Shown here: positions 50,475 to 59,934 of the stretch, piece after piece
Position numbering within the stretch: the first letter of the stretch is position 1
Layout: every line of letters begins with the position of its first letter
Assembly (NCBI GenBank): GCA_964291625.2
Contig: OZ220090.1
Span: forward strand, 864,001 to 928,000
Length of the DNA stretch: 64,000 nucleotides
Direction: 5' to 3'
Source of the DNA: Candidatus Latescibacterota bacterium
Lineage (GTDB): Bacteria; Latescibacterota; UBA2968; UBA8231
Program-made: the position numbers and the translations under genes
The notes under the pieces: model-generated
The model's input: the letters and a program-made list of their open reading frames with translations, nothing else
Database searches by the model: none
Told to the model about the DNA's origin: nothing

Positions 50475-51222
50475 GGCCCCTTCCTTCGAGACAGCTGTCG
50501 ATGACGTAGCGGTACTTCGAGTATCCGCGCTGCACCAGACAGAAGCGCTTGATCAGGTCCAGGGCCCAGAACGGCACCAGGGACTCGGTCTTGATCTCCA
50601 GGACGACGGGAGAGTCCGTCCACTGCGCGGTGACCTCGTCGTCGTAGTAGCTCATCTCCCCGTCAGGGCTCCACAGGTCGTATGAACCGCGCATCAGGCG
50701 GTAGCGCATGGCGCGGTCGAAGGTGATGCGGCCGTAAGCGTCGACCTCGCTGACGAAGGGCTCCCGTTCGTAGCGCACGTGCAGGACTGGTTCGGTACCG
50801 TACAGATGGTGCAGGTCGACGAAGGTGCGGGGCATGGCCTCGCGCCGGGGCGGTGTGCGGTCCCGCCGGCGGACTTGAAGCACCTCGGGCCACTCGCTCG
50901 CGGCGATGCGCTCGCGGACCTTCCAGACGGTGCGGCTGTGCCGGTACTTGACCTCGAGGGTGGCGGACTCGACGCGGCCGGTGCCGTAGTAGCGGACCCT
51001 CGGCTTGAAGCGCAACAGCTGGCGTAGTCGGGTGTCGTGGTAGAAGCGCAACCCGGGCGTGTCCATGTAGACGCTGTTGACCGTGTAGCCTGGCTCCTCC
51101 GCGGGGAGGTTGGCGTCGAGGGAGAACAGGGGCTGGATGAACTCGCGGATCTCCGCGGCCAGCTCTTCGGTCACCGTGTACTTCAGCTCGTACCGGTGGA
51201 TGGGGGCGAGGTCAACCGCCAT
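50452..51222 (-). CDS. VTC-domain (polyphosphate polymerase, CYTH-like tunnel) protein
   Basis: RYELKY, NSVYMDTP, KPRVRYY, LEVK, YEREPF, RITFD, VLEIK, YSKY. Confidence 0.88.
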   Translation of the reverse strand: MAVDLAPIHRYELKYTVTEELAAEIREFIQPLFSLDANLPAEEPGYTVNSVYMDTPGLRFYHDTRLRQLLRFKPRVRYYGTGRVESATLEVKYRHSRTVWKVRERIAASEWPEVLQVRRRDRTPPRREAMPRTFVDLHHLYGTEPVLHVRYEREPFVSEVDAYGRITFDRAMRYRLMRGSYDLWSPDGEMSYYDDEVTAQWTDSPVVLEIKTESLVPFWALDLIKRFCLVQRGYSKYRYVIDSCLEGRGRGDDVAA

Positions 51223-52528
51223 GGCCCCTCTCCTGCGGCGGCAGCGGCGGCAGCGACTGCGGACCGTCGATCCCCAGCTTGTAGTACAGGAAGTAGAGGG
51301 CGTGGGACAGATCGCGCTCGCCCTCGGCGATGGCGACCTGGGCATCCAGGATCGTGCGCTCCAGTTCGAGGATCTCGTCCGCCGGCACCGTGGGGTGGTC
51401 GTACGTCCGGACGACCACGAGCGACGCGGCCTGGATGACGGCCTCCCCCTCCCGTCGAGTCAGGTTGCGGGCGAGCAGTGCCTCGGCGTAGTCGGAAAGC
51501 CCTTCGCAGACCTCGTCGGCAATGCGCTGCCGAACCGCTGCGGCCTCCAGCCCGCTCTCGGACACCGCAAGGGAGAGGCCGGCCAGGTTGTCCGCATTGC
51601 GGTTGAACAGAGGGAGCTCCACCCCGAAGGCCAGCTCGTGCCAGTCGTCTTCACCCCCCTCGACATGTCGCGACATCTCCAGGAAGGACAACTGCGGCAG
51701 GAGTCGCCGCCTCTCGAAGTCGTGCCTGTCGAGGGCGAGCTGGTGCCTCTCCTCGGCCAGACGAAGCTCCGGGCGGTTGGCGTAGGCGAGGGTCACGAGC
51801 TCTTCCTCGTTCCCGACGATCCCGGGAAGGGGCTCGGCGGCCAGCTGGATCCGCGCCGAGACGCCCGTCAGACGCCGCAACCTGCGCTCCTCCTCCCGCA
51901 GCGCATGCAGACTTCGAAGGTGGACCTGCCGCGCCTCGGCGACGGCCGTCCTGGCCTTGGTGAGGTACACGATCGACCGCCGGCCATGATCGACCATGGT
52001 CTCGATCTGGGAGATCCGCCGGCTCTCGTTCTCGATCCGCATCGCTGCCAGGCGCGCCAGCTCGGCGTACATGGTGAGGTCGGCGCAGGACCGGCGCACC
52101 CGCGAGGCCAGCCAGTGCCGCTCGCGTATGGCCTCGGCCCTGCGCTCCCACATCGTCACTTGCCTCCGCTGTCTGCGCACCCTCGCTTCGCCGAGTGCCG
52201 GCGGACGCCAGCGGATGCCGATCTCGTACTCGTCGATCCGGGCCCTCCTGCGCCGGGCGGCCAAGTTGCGCACGCGGATCTCGGGATTGTCGATCCAGTC
52301 GAGGGAGCGCATGCGGTGAGTGCGGAGATCGGCCTCTGACTCGAGCAGGCCGATCCTGGGGTTGTTGCGCAGACCGATGGCCACCGTCTCTTCGATGGTC
52401 AGGGGCAGCTCCTGTCCCTCGCCGCCGGCAGCCCCCGCGTCCTGGCCGCCCTCGCTCGGGGCCGCAGTCGAGCAGAGGCCGACGCCGAGGGGGACCAGCA
52501 CGGCTGCGAGAGACCGGCCGCAGCTCAT
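51212..52528 (-). CDS. TolC/CzcC-family outer membrane efflux protein
   Basis: Signal peptide, LTIEETVAIGLRNNP, AYANRPEL, LLPQL, GVELPLFNRN; coiled-coil pattern. Confidence 0.8.
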   Translation of the reverse strand: MSCGRSLAAVLVPLGVGLCSTAAPSEGGQDAGAAGGEGQELPLTIEETVAIGLRNNPRIGLLESEADLRTHRMRSLDWIDNPEIRVRNLAARRRRARIDEYEIGIRWRPPALGEARVRRQRRQVTMWERRAEAIRERHWLASRVRRSCADLTMYAELARLAAMRIENESRRISQIETMVDHGRRSIVYLTKARTAVAEARQVHLRSLHALREEERRLRRLTGVSARIQLAAEPLPGIVGNEEELVTLAYANRPELRLAEERHQLALDRHDFERRRLLPQLSFLEMSRHVEGGEDDWHELAFGVELPLFNRNADNLAGLSLAVSESGLEAAAVRQRIADEVCEGLSDYAEALLARNLTRREGEAVIQAASLVVVRTYDHPTVPADEILELERTILDAQVAIAEGERDLSHALYFLYYKLGIDGPQSLPPLPPQERGHGG

Positions 52529-53613
52529 GGCCCGGCTCTCCCCTCGGCCGCGCCGCGCCCTGCGCCAGTAGCCGCGAAGATCACGGAGGATCGATCGACG
52601 AGGCCCACGCGCACCGACTCGCCAGGCAGCAGAAGGTGACCGGCCTCGAGGACGACGCGCACCTTGCGGGCCCACAGCATCTGCCCGCGAAGCCACAGCC
52701 GCTCCGGCATCGGTGAGTACCCTGGATGGACGAAGTCGATCCGCCCCCTGGCGTCGAAATCGCTCGACCGTCTCGACATCACTTCCACCGCCTGTCCGAC
52801 CCGCCACTGCAGGTCCTCGGTCTCCGGCACGTAGACCTCCACCACGGAGACCTCGGCGCTCTCCACGGTGATGATGGGCAGGAAGGCGTCGACCGTACTG
52901 CCCGGCCGAGCCAGGATCCGGGAGACCAGGCCCGCAGAGGGCGACCTGACCGTTCGATACTCGATGCGCTGGTCTATCCGCGTGATCGACTGGCGGACCT
53001 CGTGGATGCGCTGCATGCGGTCTCCGAGAAGGGAGGTCAGGACGCTGTCGCCGAAGGCCGGATCGTCGCTGCCGAGCTGCACCACCTCGGGCCGGAGGAG
53101 CGCCGACCGTTCGGCGACGGACCGCGCCAGGGCATCGCGGCGAATGGTCATGCGGGTCAGGTCCCGGTCATGGCCCAGGCCGGCCTTCTCCGCGGCCACC
53201 AGGGCGTCGATCTCCCGGCCGAGGGCGTCGAGCTCCGCCTCCTCGGCCTGTACCTCGGCGTATTCCCCGGAGACGCGCAGCCGCAGCAGGTCGTACTCGA
53301 CGTGGTGGCGGCGCCGGTCCGCCGCCGCGATCGACTCCAGGACGGTCAGCTCTTCCGCACGCAGTCGCCTCTCCGCCGACAGGTCCGACACGTCCAGGCG
53401 AGCCAGGACCTGTCCGGCCACGACGGTCTCGCCCACTGCGGCGTGGATCTCGTGGATGGTCCCCCCTTCGCGCGCACCCACCGACTGCTCCGTCGACACG
53501 ACGGTACCCAACAGATACGGATCGACCTGCCACTGCCAGTAGCCGCAGACGGCAGCGATCACGGCCGCGACCCACAGGCCACGGAAGGAGTTCTTCGTCA
53601 GCCAACGCTTCAT
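52525..53613 (-). CDS. HlyD-family periplasmic adaptor
   Basis: N-terminal TM, lipoyl halves GETVVAGQVLARLD and VRSPSAGLV..PG, VYVPE, GRIDFVHP, LLPG. Confidence 0.85.
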   Translation of the reverse strand: MKRWLTKNSFRGLWVAAVIAAVCGYWQWQVDPYLLGTVVSTEQSVGAREGGTIHEIHAAVGETVVAGQVLARLDVSDLSAERRLRAEELTVLESIAAADRRRHHVEYDLLRLRVSGEYAEVQAEEAELDALGREIDALVAAEKAGLGHDRDLTRMTIRRDALARSVAERSALLRPEVVQLGSDDPAFGDSVLTSLLGDRMQRIHEVRQSITRIDQRIEYRTVRSPSAGLVSRILARPGSTVDAFLPIITVESAEVSVVEVYVPETEDLQWRVGQAVEVMSRRSSDFDARGRIDFVHPGYSPMPERLWLRGQMLWARKVRVVLEAGHLLLPGESVRVGLVDRSSVIFAATGAGRGAAEGRAGP

Positions 53614-53616
53614 GGA

Positions 53617-54300
53617 CTACACCTCGACTGCCGAAGTGTGGTTCATGAAGGTCAGCCCGCGAATGCCTTCGATCTCTCCCAGGGCCTCGATCAGTCGCGT
53701 CGCATCCGCCTCCCGGACGAGCTTGACCTGGTAGGTGCAGTCCACCAGGTCGCCCTGGGCCACGTCGCGCATCGTCACCAGGCCGAAGGTCCGCGGTATC
53801 TGCTGCAGTACCTGGGCTACCTGGGCGGCGAAGTCGGGCGCCGCCGGGATCTGGAAGCGCACGAGTCCATCGTATTTCATGCGCGTGCCGAAACGAGAGG
53901 AATGCATGACCACGGCGATGGTACAGAACAGGGCCGTGGCGAAGGCGGCAGCGATGTAGCTCTGCACCCCGCTGGCCACGCCCGCACCGAGAGCGGCGAA
54001 GAGGAAGACCAGGTCCCGGGGATCGCGCAGGTTGGTGCGGAAACGTATGATCGCCAGCGATCCCACGATGCCGATGCCCCGGGCCACGTTGTCGCCGATG
54101 GCGATCATCAGCAGACAGGTGACGAGGCTGCCCAGGACCATGGTCTCCATCAAGCCCCGCGACCAGGAGAGGCCCTGGAACGTCCACTCGTAGACCACGG
54201 CGATCGTGCTCGACAGGCAGAAGGCGACTACCAGGGAGAGCAGCACCGTGTTCCAGTGGAGCTTGATCGTCCCGAAATCGAGCAACAGGCTGTCCATCAT
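53617..54300 (-). CDS. DUF4956-family membrane protein
   Basis: IGDNVARGIGIVGSLAIIRFRTNLRDPRD..FLF...G; C-terminal soluble domain; AAGGAG RBS. Confidence 0.88.
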   Translation of the reverse strand: MMDSLLLDFGTIKLHWNTVLLSLVVAFCLSSTIAVVYEWTFQGLSWSRGLMETMVLGSLVTCLLMIAIGDNVARGIGIVGSLAIIRFRTNLRDPRDLVFLFAALGAGVASGVQSYIAAAFATALFCTIAVVMHSSRFGTRMKYDGLVRFQIPAAPDFAAQVAQVLQQIPRTFGLVTMRDVAQGDLVDCTYQVKLVREADATRLIEALGEIEGIRGLTFMNHTSAVEV

Positions 54301-54333
54301 CCGATCTCCTTCATTTGGACACAGCGCCACACG

Positions 54334-54349
54334 TGCAAGAATTGTGCCG
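54334..54349 (-). promoter_or_regulatory. Sigma54 (-24/-12) promoter of the DUF4956-HlyD-TolC-VTC-CotH operon
   Basis: Minus strand CGGCACAATTCTTGCA: GG-N10-GC, close to the TGGCAC-N5-TTGC consensus, 33 nt before the ATG. Confidence 0.8.
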
Positions 54350-54436
54350 TCCACGAGGCCCCGGCCGCGGTACCGCCCCGGCCTGTCTCTGGCTGCACCC
54401 CGGACCACTGGCAGGAGACAGTCCCATCGGTGGTCC

Positions 54437-54520
54437 GTCCGGTTCTCCGGGACGACTCCGTCTTTCCGCTTTCCTGGACGGGCCTTCGGCCCGGTCGGCG
54501 CTCCGTCCGATTCTCCGGAC
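54437..54520. promoter_or_regulatory. Three GTCCG-N6-CGGAC-like dyads, candidate enhancer (UAS) sites
   Basis: GTCCGgttctcCGGGA (54437-52), TTCCGctttccTGGAC (54464-79), GTCCGattctcCGGAC (54505-20). Confidence 0.55.
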
Positions 54521-54652
54521 CGGGGCAGCAGCCGGCCCGGGGCATGGCAGACCGCCGGCCCCACCGGTGCCGGCGCGGCCGACTTGCAGACGATCAGGGT
54601 GCTGAGGGGGCGAGGGAGACGCAGAGGCCGCGTCTCCCCGGGACGCGGCGGG

Positions 54653-57600
54653 CTACTCGCGGGAGGCCGGGATCACCTGGAGGAGCTGGCGCTGCCGCAG
54701 CTCTCCATCCTCCAGGTACACACAGACGTACAGTCCAGGAGACACCAAGCGGCCGCCGCGGTCGGTTCCATCCCAGGCGAGGGTGCGGCTCTCCGGACCT
54801 GCGGTCAGTCTCTCCACCAGCTCGCCCGCCGTGTTGAAGATCCGTATCTCGACTCTTCCCGAGCCACGGAACCAGAAGGTCGCGGGCTGCCCCCGCGAAA
54901 CCGGATTGGGATAGCTGTAGACGGCGATCTGCTCGTCGATCACCTGCGCCGTCAGGATCACGGTGCGGGTGCCCCCGTCCCCGGTCAGGCTCAGGGTCTC
55001 CTCGATCCTCTCCGACTCCCCCGACAGACCGCCGTCGATCCCCGACCGGAAGAGGATCCACACCTCCGCCGTATCCCCGGGCGCCAGGCTGAAGGACGAC
55101 AGTTCCGCGGCGAACTGCCGGGTGTCGTCGACTGTCCGGGGATCGAGATTGAGCCGTGCATCGCCGCGGTTGTGCACCGGCAGGCTCTTCCACAGGGAGT
55201 CGCCCACGGAGACGGCGCCGAAGTCCAGGGTATCGGCAAGGACTTCCAGCACGGGCGCCACTCCTGTGATCGTGAACGACACCTGGATTGTCGGCTGGTC
55301 GGGATCGCTGCTGTCTATGGTCAGGACACTCGAGTCCGGGCCGAGCCGATCGGGAGAGACACGGATCGTGATCTCGCTGGTCTCCCCGGGTTCCAGGGGC
55401 CAGGGAAAGCGGTCCTCCAGAGCCTCCATGGGCTCACCGTCCCAGAGGAATCCCTCGATGACCAGCTCTGCCTCACCCGTGTTGGCAAGGGTCAGGACCA
55501 CCGGGACGGCCTGATCTGCCCGGACCTCGCCCAGTTCCACCAGGCGCGGCTCGACTTCCAGGCGCGGCTTGATTCCCCGCCCCCTCAGCGGCACGTCGAG
55601 GAAGCTCTTGTCAGGGTCGTTGCTGGTCAGGCCCAACGATGCCTCCACAATACTGGCGTCGCGAGGACTGAAGGTGACCACCACGGTCGTATCCCTCCCC
55701 GGTTCCAGGTCGAAGGACTCGGGCGATACCTGGAATTGCTCATCCGTCGTCGCTGCGCCCACACCCAGCAGACCTGTGCCGCTGTTTTCCACGACCAGGG
55801 TCTCTTCGCCGGACTTGCTCACGGCCACTTCTCCGAAGAAGACCGTATCGGAGACGGATACCTGGATCTGCGGCTTCTGGCTGCCGGCTTTGAGATCGAC
55901 GATGATCACCGGCGCATTCGGATCGTTGGTCGTGAGCACCAGCGCCGCCTCAATCCTCGGGTAGTTGGCCGAAGGATCGAATTTCAGCTCCATGACCAGA
56001 CTGTCACCCGGACTGATGCTGACCCCGGGGCCGGGGCGCTCCACCTCGAACTCCGGTTTGGTGGTGATGAGCTGGTTGATCACCAGATCGGCCTCGCCCC
56101 GGTTGTAGAGCGTCAATTCCCTGTGGACGGGCTCGCCGGAGATGCCGAAGTCGACGCGATCGGAGGACAGACCGATCTCGGGGATCAGCTGGGACATGAC
56201 AATGCTCACGCTGTCGCTCTCGAGCCCCGGGGCGGCGACCTTCACCGTGGCGATTCCGGGCAGGGTGCCCGCGGTAAAGGAGACGCTGGCCATGCCCTCC
56301 ACCACCACGGCGCTGGACACCTCCAGGTCGCCCAGATCCTCGGGACCTTCGACAATCGAGAAGGAGATCTCCGTACTGTTGTCGGTCTTGAGCCGCCCCC
56401 CGAGGGAGTCCTGCACCACGGCGGTCAGGATCGACGTGTCCTCGCCGTTGGCCCGGATGCTCGCAGGTGAGGCGGTGAGGACGATCTTGAACCGGGTCAG
56501 GACGATACCGAAGGCCCCTCCCCCGACGGTGCCGGCGTAGACTTGCCGGGGACGAGAGAGCCCCATGGCCACGGAGAGCACATCGGGGTGGGTCAGACCC
56601 GGCTCGATGGGCTGCCAGCTGTCGCCGCCGTCCAGGCTGCGGAAGACCCCGCCGCGGGTGCCGGCGTACAGGTGTGATGAATCGGCCGGGTCCGCGACCA
56701 GGGCGCGAATCGACGAAGAGGTCAGCCCCGCGTTGATCCCCTCCCAGGTGAGGCCGTCGTCCAGGCTGCGGAAGATCCCGCCGTCGGTTCCGGCAAAGAC
56801 GGCACGGCCCGCCCCATCCAGGGCCAGGGCCCGCACCGCCAGCCCCCCCATGCCGGCGCTCGAGGGCGTCCAGGTCGAGCCCCCGTCCCCGCTGCGGTAG
56901 ACCCCCTCCCCGGTGCCGGCAAAGACAACCTGCCCCCCCGGATGCAGGGCCAGGGCCCGCACCGACAGGGCAGCCAGCCCCTGGCCGTCGGACGGCCAGC
57001 TCAATCCCCCGTCGAGGCTGCGGAAGACCCCCTTCTCCGTGCCCGCAAAGACGGTCGTCCCCGTCGCCCCCGCCGCCAGGGACTGCACGGTCAGGGTATC
57101 CAGCGCCTCGGCCGCTGACGACCAGGTCGAGCCGCCATCGAGGCTGCGGAAGACTCCGCTGCGAGTGCCGGCGAACATCCGCAGAGGCGAACCCGGGTCG
57201 ACCAGGAGCGCATGGACGTCCAGCTCGGCCTGACTGCGCGTCCAGGAAGCGCCCCCGTCGAAGCTGCGGAAGATCCCGGACTCCCCCCCCGCGTGCAGGC
57301 GCAGTGCGTCGGAAGGATCGACGGCCAGGGTGCGCACCGACATGGCTGACAGACCGGTGTTCGCCTCCTCCCACCTCGTCCCCCCGGCGAGGCGGAACAC
57401 CCCGGCCCGGGTACCCGCATACAGCCGCGAGCCGTCGAGGGAATCCAGCCACAGGGCACGCACGGGTACCGTGGGCAGGCCCTCGTCGAGAGCGGTCCAG
57501 GAAGCGCCCCCGTCGAGGCTGCGGAAGACCCCGGACCCGCCCGCCGCGTAGAGCCGCAGGTCGTCGGAGGGGTCGACGGCCAGTGCCTCGACCGCTGACA

Positions 57601-58336
57601 GCCGGGACCCCTCGCCGGCCGGCTCCCAGCTGGCGCCCCGGTCGCCGCTGCGGAAGAGGCCGGCGTCCGTGCCCGCGTACACCCATGCCAGGCCGCCGTC
57701 CACGGCCAGGACCGATACCCCGGCCCCGTCCAGCCCCTCGCCGGCGTCGCTCCACGTCTGCCCCCTGTCCTCGCTCAGGAAGACGCCGGCCTCCGTACCC
57801 GCGTACAGCCGCAGGGTATCGGCGGCCTCCACGGCCAGGGCATGCACGGGACCCGCCAGCCCCTGGCTGGGGTTGTTCCACGTCACCCCCCCGTCCGTCG
57901 TCGACAGAAAGCCGGCGTCCGTACCCGCGTACGCGCGCAGGGGGTCGCGGGGATCGATGGCCAGGGCCGCCACCGACAGAGGCTCCGACTCCTCCCCGGA
58001 GGACCACGTCGCGCCGCCGTCCAGGCTGCGGAACAACCCGGCATCGGTGCCGGCCAACAGGTAGGAGGGGCGGTCCGGGTGCACCGCGAGACTCCGCACG
58101 ACCCGGCCGGCGATGCCGGAGGCGGTCCAGGTCGCGCCCCCGTCGAGGCTGCGGAAGACCCCATCCATGGTGCCGGCATACACGACCTGCCCGTCGCCCG
58201 GCCGCGTGGCCAGGGCCTGGACCGGCCCCCCGTAGAGACCGAGCGGACTCCAGAGATTGTCGGCGCTCCAGGCCCTCGGCGCGGCTCCGAGCAGCATCAC
58301 GCCCGCCAGCAGGCTTCGCCTCCCCCGCGCCGTCAC
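54653..58336 (-). CDS. Large secreted protein: BNR/Asp-box beta-propellers + Big_1-like + four ASH/choice-of-anchor-D-like Ig domains + FlgD-like CTD
   Basis: Signal peptide; 13 GxFRSxDGGxxW-type repeats; LTASPASIRANG; DFG.V...N.G...L...ND units; YPNP...IFNTAGELV...WDG. Confidence 0.85.
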   Translation of the reverse strand: MTARGRRSLLAGVMLLGAAPRAWSADNLWSPLGLYGGPVQALATRPGDGQVVYAGTMDGVFRSLDGGATWTASGIAGRVVRSLAVHPDRPSYLLAGTDAGLFRSLDGGATWSSGEESEPLSVAALAIDPRDPLRAYAGTDAGFLSTTDGGVTWNNPSQGLAGPVHALAVEAADTLRLYAGTEAGVFLSEDRGQTWSDAGEGLDGAGVSVLAVDGGLAWVYAGTDAGLFRSGDRGASWEPAGEGSRLSAVEALAVDPSDDLRLYAAGGSGVFRSLDGGASWTALDEGLPTVPVRALWLDSLDGSRLYAGTRAGVFRLAGGTRWEEANTGLSAMSVRTLAVDPSDALRLHAGGESGIFRSFDGGASWTRSQAELDVHALLVDPGSPLRMFAGTRSGVFRSLDGGSTWSSAAEALDTLTVQSLAAGATGTTVFAGTEKGVFRSLDGGLSWPSDGQGLAALSVRALALHPGGQVVFAGTGEGVYRSGDGGSTWTPSSAGMGGLAVRALALDGAGRAVFAGTDGGIFRSLDDGLTWEGINAGLTSSSIRALVADPADSSHLYAGTRGGVFRSLDGGDSWQPIEPGLTHPDVLSVAMGLSRPRQVYAGTVGGGAFGIVLTRFKIVLTASPASIRANGEDTSILTAVVQDSLGGRLKTDNSTEISFSIVEGPEDLGDLEVSSAVVVEGMASVSFTAGTLPGIATVKVAAPGLESDSVSIVMSQLIPEIGLSSDRVDFGISGEPVHRELTLYNRGEADLVINQLITTKPEFEVERPGPGVSISPGDSLVMELKFDPSANYPRIEAALVLTTNDPNAPVIIVDLKAGSQKPQIQVSVSDTVFFGEVAVSKSGEETLVVENSGTGLLGVGAATTDEQFQVSPESFDLEPGRDTTVVVTFSPRDASIVEASLGLTSNDPDKSFLDVPLRGRGIKPRLEVEPRLVELGEVRADQAVPVVLTLANTGEAELVIEGFLWDGEPMEALEDRFPWPLEPGETSEITIRVSPDRLGPDSSVLTIDSSDPDQPTIQVSFTITGVAPVLEVLADTLDFGAVSVGDSLWKSLPVHNRGDARLNLDPRTVDDTRQFAAELSSFSLAPGDTAEVWILFRSGIDGGLSGESERIEETLSLTGDGGTRTVILTAQVIDEQIAVYSYPNPVSRGQPATFWFRGSGRVEIRIFNTAGELVERLTAGPESRTLAWDGTDRGGRLVSPGLYVCVYLEDGELRQRQLLQVIPASRE

Positions 58337-59934
58337 GGCGGTTCCGTCCGTCCCCTCAGCAGCTCGAAGAGGCGGTTGCTCCCCTGTGCCTTCCGCAGAT
58401 ACTCCAGCTGCGCCAGTCCGGCCAGGTCGACCCGGCGGCCGGCCAGGTCGATGGGACCGCCGCGGCTGAGGCGGGCCGCTTCGCGATAGCAGTTGGCGGC
58501 GCCGGCGAAGTCGCCGGAGAACTCCGACAGCAGGCCGGCCACGTAGTAGGTGTGGGGGTAGCTGGGATCCAGCCGCGCGGCGGTCAACAGCCCCTGCTCC
58601 GAGTAGGGGGGCTCCCGGCTCCGCAACCGGCTGTAGACCCTCGCCACCGCGGCGACGGCCTCGGGGTGGTGCTCCAGGGAAAAGGAGCCGCGCAGCCGCA
58701 CCCGGCCTTCCAGGAGAATCTCGAAGAGATAGGGCCCCTCGAGCAGGTAGCCAGTGCCTTCAAGCCAGTCCGCGGCGGGCTGGAAGGGAAACGCCACCCC
58801 GTGGTCGGAGAGGTGCAGATCATCCGTACCGACCTCTTCGAGGACCACCCCGTCGGGACCGTAGAGGATCAGCTTCGGACGTCGATCGGCCCAGTCCTGC
58901 CCCGAGGCGGGGTAGCGAAGCTCGATCTGCAGCAGGGCTTCATCCACCGGCCACAGACGGGCCTCGGGGGCCGGCTCTCCGTCGCGCTGCAGGCGCCAGC
59001 CGTCGAAGTGGAGGGGAAACTGGTACCGCCCCCAGGAGGCGGCCACCCCCAGGGTCCTGGTGTCGCCCAGGAAGGGCCGATCCTCCACGACGTACTGGGC
59101 GGTGCCGCGGCCCGAGCCGACCGTCAGACCCAGGCGCCAGCCCGTGCCCACGCCCGAGGTCCGCTCGACGGCACCGCTCAGGCCCAGGTCGAGAGGCCCC
59201 GGCGCCAGAAGCGCGTTGGCACCGAGGGTCCAGCGTCCGCTGCGAGGCTGGTAGCCGAATGACAGGAACGGGCGTCCCCGTACCACGGCGGCGCTCAGAA
59301 CCGGGTTCCAGGAGGCTCCTTCCAAGGTCGACCAGGCATTGCGCACCGTCGCTCCGAGGCGCAGCTCGAAGGCCTTGTCGACGGCCAGGGCCGCCAGTCC
59401 TCCGAGGTCCAGCCCGACGTCGCTCCAGCTCTGGCTGCCGGTATCGACCCGGAGCCAGTGGATCCCCAGGCCGAGCTGGGGCGGGCCTGCATCGCTCCAG
59501 GGCCGCAGCCCCTCAAACGCCTTGCCCGCTGCCATCACGACACGGGCTTCGCCATGGGAACCGTACCCCTCGATGTTCCCCTGGGCGTCCGACCGCAGCA
59601 CGCGGCCGGTGCCCAGGCGGTCCAGGCCGACTCCCGCGCCCCACGAGTTGGTGCTGCGCACGAGACTGACCAGGTCGTGGCCGAGGTCCAGCCCATCGAA
59701 CAACTCGGCGTGGGAAAAGGCCGCGTGGTACCGTCGCTCCAGCCGTGCCAGACCCGCCGGGTTCCAGTAGAGCGCCCCCTGGTCCGCGGCCACCGCCACC
59801 GAGGCCGGCCCCAGCACCGCGGCCCGTCCCCAGGCCGCGGGATGGGCGAAGGCCCCCTCGACCTGGCCCTGGACCCGCTCGGCGCCCGCCAGCAGGAGCG
59901 GCCAGGCCCACGCCAGGCTCCTGGCGCACTTCAT
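58333..59934 (-). CDS. PorV/FadL-like outer-membrane beta-barrel with C-terminal TPR-like region
   Basis: Signal peptide, ALYWNPAGLARL, GLDLGGL, GATVRN, alternating beta pattern; C-terminal AARLDP.Y...YY..G...GDFAGA..YREA. Confidence 0.6.
   Translation of the reverse strand: MKCARSLAWAWPLLLAGAERVQGQVEGAFAHPAAWGRAAVLGPASVAVAADQGALYWNPAGLARLERRYHAAFSHAELFDGLDLGHDLVSLVRSTNSWGAGVGLDRLGTGRVLRSDAQGNIEGYGSHGEARVVMAAGKAFEGLRPWSDAGPPQLGLGIHWLRVDTGSQSWSDVGLDLGGLAALAVDKAFELRLGATVRNAWSTLEGASWNPVLSAAVVRGRPFLSFGYQPRSGRWTLGANALLAPGPLDLGLSGAVERTSGVGTGWRLGLTVGSGRGTAQYVVEDRPFLGDTRTLGVAASWGRYQFPLHFDGWRLQRDGEPAPEARLWPVDEALLQIELRYPASGQDWADRRPKLILYGPDGVVLEEVGTDDLHLSDHGVAFPFQPAADWLEGTGYLLEGPYLFEILLEGRVRLRGSFSLEHHPEAVAAVARVYSRLRSREPPYSEQGLLTAARLDPSYPHTYYVAGLLSEFSGDFAGAANCYREAARLSRGGPIDLAGRRVDLAGLAQLEYLRKAQGSNRLFELLRGRTEPP

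Noticed and set aside
56500-58270. Regularly spaced DNA repeats resembling an array
   Set aside because: They are in-frame codons of the Asp-box protein repeats
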